NCBI GenBank assembly: GCA_038883715.1
Contig: JAVZLS010000011.1
Coordinates: 1-50,112, forward strand
Source: Candidatus Bathyarchaeia archaeon
GTDB taxonomy: Archaea; Thermoproteota; Bathyarchaeia; Bathyarchaeales; Bathycorpusculaceae
Direction: 5' to 3'
DNA: 50,112 bases
In this document: positions 45,868 through 50,112 of the stretch, in pieces
How positions within the stretch are numbered: the first letter of the stretch is position 1
Layout: each line of letters starts with the position of its first letter
The notes under the pieces: generated by a model
Database searches by the model: none
What the model was told of the DNA's origin: nothing
The model's input: only the letters and a program-made list of their open reading frames with translations
Made by a program: the position numbers and the translations under genes

Positions 45868-46881
45868 CTACTTGCCTTGTGGAGACTCCAGGGATAGGTA
45901 CGTTATCTGCGGGGGCTCTTCTGGGGCTTCTTTTGGCGGACGAGCCGGATAGCGCAGTTTTATGGGACGCTTTTCGGGTCCGGGTATGCTTCCTTCTATG
46001 AGCATGTAGGGTCCGCGGACAATGCCGTAGCGTATGAAGCCGCCTTTAGGTGTAGCTTCTTTGCCATCCTTGCCTATTTTCAAAATCCTCTTATTATATT
46101 CTGTTCTTTGGTGGAAGCCCATCTGTCCGGCGCGTGGAACAGTGTACAGCACACGGTGGGGGTTCCATGGACCGAGAGTAGCGACTCCCCGCTTTGTTTT
46201 CCTACCCTTGTGTTGGAGGATGGCCACTCCCCAACGTTTTACTGGTCCTTGGAAGCCTTTTCCAGTTGTGACGGCTATTACGTCTACATGTTGCCCTTCC
46301 TTGAAAACGTCAGAAGGGTTCACAGTTTTTCCTAACAGACTTTTTGCATATTCAAATTGTTGCTGAATTGTTCCTCCGCCTATCTCTATTTCGGCTACAT
46401 CTGGCTTTTTCTTCGGCACGCTTGTTTGCTTGGGTTGGGTTATGGCTATTACGCGAATGTTTGAGATTTTGTCTAAATTAGCCTCAATTTTTTTCAGATT
46501 CTCTTCGGTGTTAAATTTTTCAGGAAGGGTTAAAACCCTATCAAGCCCTTCGGGCGGTTTTTCCATCCAAGCTTCACAAAAAGTTTGCAGTCCATAAGGC
46601 GTTTTCTTATAGGCTCTTATGGCACAAATAAGAATGGGCGGAGTTTCCAAAACAGTGACTGGGCGGATTACCTCCTTCCCAAAGTTTGGGGAACGCTTCC
46701 GATCTTCAATCACCATGGCGTAGGTCATGCCAGCCTTATAACCAACAAAACCAAGAAGCCGTGGCGTTTCAGCCTCAATTTTTGGCCAATAGCATATTCT
46801 AGCCAAAAGGCTTTTAGCCCGTTTCCTAGGCAAATAGGCAAGCGAACCGCGTTTTGGACCATGCTGTTTCCGGTGACCCAT
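45868..46881 (-). CDS. rpl3: 50S ribosomal protein L3
   Basis: RGSLAYLPRKR, GYKAGMT, GKGFQG, AGQMGFHQRT. Confidence 0.97.
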   Translation of the reverse strand: MGHRKQHGPKRGSLAYLPRKRAKSLLARICYWPKIEAETPRLLGFVGYKAGMTYAMVIEDRKRSPNFGKEVIRPVTVLETPPILICAIRAYKKTPYGLQTFCEAWMEKPPEGLDRVLTLPEKFNTEENLKKIEANLDKISNIRVIAITQPKQTSVPKKKPDVAEIEIGGGTIQQQFEYAKSLLGKTVNPSDVFKEGQHVDVIAVTTGKGFQGPVKRWGVAILQHKGRKTKRGVATLGPWNPHRVLYTVPRAGQMGFHQRTEYNKRILKIGKDGKEATPKGGFIRYGIVRGPYMLIEGSIPGPEKRPIKLRYPARPPKEAPEEPPQITYLSLESPQGK

Positions 46882-47026
46882 TGTTTCCCCGCTTCGCGTC
46901 TTCTAGGAATGAGATATTTAGGTTATAAACATTACCATTTCTATTCACACTATAAACGTGGATACGCCCATGTCAATTTTGCTCAGCGCCGACTACTGCA
47001 AAATTGATAGCCCCCCCTCTATACTT

Positions 47027-47578
47027 TTAGGCGTACCACTTGCCAATAATAACCTCAAGTATTTTATGGGCTGCTTGCTCCGGCGTGCACTCGGCGGTAT
47101 TCACTGTTATTTCCGGGTTCAGTGGGGGCTCGTAGGGTTGTCCAACACCGGGTACTGTGGGCGCCTCGCCTTTCAAGGCTCTTTCGTAGATTTTTCTTGG
47201 TGCTTGGCGAGTATCAGCCCTCAGGGACTCCCGTTCAATGCAGACTTCAAGCGGGCATTCTAGGTAGGCTTCCATGAACTTTTGGATTTGGTTTCGGGCA
47301 TTATCCCTATAACGCCTCAAATTGCCAGTGGCATCAATAACAACGTTCACACCATTCTGTGTTAGCAATTTGGCAATGTAGACAAGGGTTGCATAGACTA
47401 TGTCGCGTTCCTCAAGCGAGTATGTGGGCTTAGGAGTTAAAACCCTGCGTAACGCGTCAGAAGACAAAAGTTGGGCACGAATGCCCCTCTGAAGCAAAAA
47501 CTTGATTAGCGTCTCCGCTACAACAGACTTGCCGCTTCCTGGTAGACCAGTAACCCAAACGCACCAACCCTCAACCAT
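47027..47578 (-). CDS. Adenylyl-sulfate (APS) kinase-like P-loop kinase
   Basis: WVTGLPGSGKS, YSLEER, CPLEVCIER, PYEPPLNPE. Confidence 0.8.
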   Translation of the reverse strand: MVEGWCVWVTGLPGSGKSVVAETLIKFLLQRGIRAQLLSSDALRRVLTPKPTYSLEERDIVYATLVYIAKLLTQNGVNVVIDATGNLRRYRDNARNQIQKFMEAYLECPLEVCIERESLRADTRQAPRKIYERALKGEAPTVPGVGQPYEPPLNPEITVNTAECTPEQAAHKILEVIIGKWYA

Positions 47579-47658
47579 AATGAGTTGCCAACCTAGTCAA
47601 TATTGCCAGTCTACTTGTTAAACTCAAGTCTCAAGGCTATAGAAAAGTTTTGATTTAA

Positions 47659-49515
47659 CTATTTTACATTGTTTTTCTTCTTTACTTTCCAAGCTGTTAT
47701 TGTAATTAATGAGGAAGATAAGAGTGTTAGCAGGATTGTAGCCGATGGGAATTCCGGGATTATTATTACTTCATGTTTTGTGTGGTTGTAAGTGAAGTAT
47801 AGGTAGGCGTGGGTGCTGTTTGAAGCGCCAAGTTGATATACAGGCACCATTGCCCAGTCAACCAACACTATGTATGGATCGTTAAGCAAAGCTCTAGGAA
47901 TGGTTATCCTGCAAAATCCGCTGGTATCAATTTCGCCTTCTACAAAAAATAGTAAAAATTCTTGCCCAGGCTGTAAATATTCGTTCGGTGAGTTAAGCCA
48001 TTGGAATAAATTAAGCTCAGAAACTGTAGAGTTGCTAATAACTTGAACATGATACATTTTGCTGTCTAATCCAATAACCTCAAAATCATAAAACTTGCCC
48101 ATTAAAGGGTACCTATCTTGGTTATTATCGTCGATGCGATATGAAAAATCGGCTATACCGTCACTTCCAGTTTCATTTTGATAAGGACCACTATACCAGT
48201 CAACACCTCTGTAATTACTCCAATAATTTCCGCCAGAAGGATAACCAGCGTCCCAAACATTTCTTGAATACACAGTGGATTGAGGCAGCTGAAATGGTGA
48301 TAAGTAGTTAGAAATCACGTTTATAGCGTTGTCAATGAAATTATTATGGTGGAAAACATTTCCATTCGATTGATAGGCGCACACGCCTACAGTATTGTTG
48401 CTGATTATGCTATAAGTTATCATGTTGTTAGTTGAGTTGAAAAGGGTTAAACCTCCATGAAGCAGTGGACCGCGATTTCCTCTTATAGTCATATTTTCTA
48501 AATTGCAGTATGTTGACTTCGCTAACAACAAGCCATCCCGGTTGAAGGAAAGGTCTATGTCCTTTACTGTCACACGTGTACAGTTTACAAAGGCTAAATA
48601 TCCAATATCCGGAAGGCTTGATGAATTAACAAGAAGCCCGGAATAGTTTACGAAGTAATAGATTTTCCGTCTATTTACAATATTTGTTGTGTCAATGTCG
48701 TGTAGAAAGGCGTTAATTCCAGCACCCCAAACTATTAGGTTGTACCAGTCGCTTGTCATGTTATTTTCTCTTAAAGTGTTTAACTCGTTACATTGGTTGA
48801 GCACCATGCTAACGTTATTATGCAAAAGCTGGTTTCGTGTAATAAGATTCTTCCCGGATTTTTCAATCTCTATTCCTTCAAGAGTATTCATCACAGTATT
48901 TTCAATTATGTTACAGTTCATGCAGTTGCCATCCAAATGGATTCCCATCATCCCGCAACTGTTTACGAGGTTTTTCTGCACCACAATATTTGATGAAGCA
49001 TACGTGATAATTCCAGCAACTGTTCCATTATAAGCAACATTACTGCTAATTTCTATGAAGGAGGAGGAAGAAAACCATACGCATACAGCCGCATCTGTCA
49101 AAATGTTGTCTTTAACTTCAATGTATCTAACGCTGTTGCCGCTTACGCAGCTTGGCGGATAACCTACGCCATCCCACATTTTCCCCGCATTTCTAATTGT
49201 AAAATTGACGATACTTACATTGTTAGCGCTTACTTTAACCACAATTCCACTACCGCTGCCATCGATAACTGTGGTTGCCTTGTCTTCTCCCACCAGCTGA
49301 ATTGACTTGTTTATGTTTATGCTCTCGTTATATACTCCCGCCCTAACGTACACCGTGTCACCTTCGGTGGCGTTGTTTATGGCTTCTTGTATAGTTGCAT
49401 AATCATCAGGAACTATGATCATCTCGGGTTTCGCCTTTATTGATCTTGTACTAAATGCTGGTGTCAACATGCCAGCCAACAACAGCGTTAAAAGCAATCT
49501 AGAAACTGTTTGCAC
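47659..49515 (-). CDS. Cell-surface beta-helix (NosD/CASH) protein with PEF-CTERM-like sorting signal
   Basis: VPDDYATIQEAIN, repeated N-N-I strands, GGNYWS, DRYPLM, IPEFPS + TM + basic tail. Confidence 0.88.
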   Translation of the reverse strand: MQTVSRLLLTLLLAGMLTPAFSTRSIKAKPEMIIVPDDYATIQEAINNATEGDTVYVRAGVYNESININKSIQLVGEDKATTVIDGSGSGIVVKVSANNVSIVNFTIRNAGKMWDGVGYPPSCVSGNSVRYIEVKDNILTDAAVCVWFSSSSFIEISSNVAYNGTVAGIITYASSNIVVQKNLVNSCGMMGIHLDGNCMNCNIIENTVMNTLEGIEIEKSGKNLITRNQLLHNNVSMVLNQCNELNTLRENNMTSDWYNLIVWGAGINAFLHDIDTTNIVNRRKIYYFVNYSGLLVNSSSLPDIGYLAFVNCTRVTVKDIDLSFNRDGLLLAKSTYCNLENMTIRGNRGPLLHGGLTLFNSTNNMITYSIISNNTVGVCAYQSNGNVFHHNNFIDNAINVISNYLSPFQLPQSTVYSRNVWDAGYPSGGNYWSNYRGVDWYSGPYQNETGSDGIADFSYRIDDNNQDRYPLMGKFYDFEVIGLDSKMYHVQVISNSTVSELNLFQWLNSPNEYLQPGQEFLLFFVEGEIDTSGFCRITIPRALLNDPYIVLVDWAMVPVYQLGASNSTHAYLYFTYNHTKHEVIIIPEFPSATILLTLLSSSLITITAWKVKKKNNVK

Positions 49516-49637
49516 ATTCTTTCCCTATAAAACGCTATATAGTTCCGCTTTTAAAAGTTACGAGAAGATAACCTAAACTTCACTTCCACAACATTTATTT
49601 TAGTTGCTGTTCTGCATGGTTTAAAAGGTGAAATCTT

Positions 49638-50112
49638 GTGCTGGTTGTCCAGATTTCGGATGTTCACTGTAGACCGATGTTTAATTATGGGATTTTCCGC
49701 ACAGCCATGGACGAAATTAACGCTTTGTCGCCTGATGCCGTGGTGATAACAGGCGACATAACAGAAAACGGCATATTATCCGAGTTCAAGATGGCTGCAG
49801 ACGAGTTTAAGCGTTTGAAAGCCAAAAATGTCATCTACATAAGTGGCAATCACGATTACCGTTCCACGGGCTATTTGCTCTTCAAACAGTTCTTCCCCTT
49901 CAACCAAATAACAGAAGTCGACGACGCCGTAATAATTGTGCTGAGCAGCGCCCGCCCCGACAGAGACGACGGCGAAGTTGGACACAGGCAAAACCTTTGG
50001 TTAGAGAACACCCTAGAAAATTATAAGGACCGAGTGAAAATTGTGGCAATACACCACCACATAATCCCAGTTCCAGACACAGGTGCAGACCAAATCACAA
50101 TAGTGGATGCTG
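49638..50112 (+). CDS. Calcineurin-like metallophosphoesterase (Icc/CpdA-like), runs off window
   Basis: Manual translation from GTG after AGGTGA SD: ISDVH, TGDIT, GNHD, HHH. Confidence 0.88.
   Translation, partial: MLVVQISDVHCRPMFNYGIFRTAMDEINALSPDAVVITGDITENGILSEFKMAADEFKRLKAKNVIYISGNHDYRSTGYLLFKQFFPFNQITEVDDAVIIVLSSARPDRDDGEVGHRQNLWLENTLENYKDRVKIVAIHHHIIPVPDTGADQITIVDA

Noticed and set aside
46882-47026. H/ACA or C/D RNA upstream of rpl3
   Set aside because: Only a short hairpin and an isolated CTGA; no complete box set
47027-47578. PSTK / selenocysteine system
   Set aside because: C-terminal PYEPP motif fits APS kinase; no tRNA-Sec or in-frame TGA readthrough candidate was noticed

Overview
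Core chromosomal window from an archaeon of the TACK/Thermoproteota lineage, most likely Bathyarchaeia. This is inferred from the gene content: archaeal Mat, Alba, a Cren7-like protein, Fae-Hps, tRNA introns at 29/30 and a PEF-CTERM beta-helix surface protein. It holds information-processing genes (rpl7ae-rps28e-rpl24e, gar1-tfb, rpl40e, alba-KH-aspS, rps6e-eif2g-PIN-rpo7-spt4-dpck-rps24e-rps27ae, rpl3-rpl4-rpl23-rpl2-rps19), metabolic genes (mat, sucCD, purF-purD, fbp, fae-hps, APS-kinase-like), three radical SAM genes, an S8 protease and four tRNAs, two of them with non-canonical introns. No transposase, integrase or CRISPR array was seen. Features missing from the ORF track that I read directly: rpl40e, a partial DHH gene, a partial metallophosphoesterase, a box C/D sRNA at 10385-10440, a second C/D-like RNA in a 15-bp inverted repeat at 5892-5986, and a 17-aa Lys-rich micro-ORF with its own promoter and SD. 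Best candidates for new biology: an HTH-Fae-Hps fusion preceded by clustered CGACA operator-like sites (possible autoregulatory formaldehyde-sensing enzyme), a Cren7-like Zn ribbon fused to a coiled coil, a KaiC-like ATPase overlapping a stand-alone AEP primase-polymerase, and a radical SAM/SPASM gene that may be a tetraether-lipid modifier. All family calls come from motif recognition; no database searches were run.
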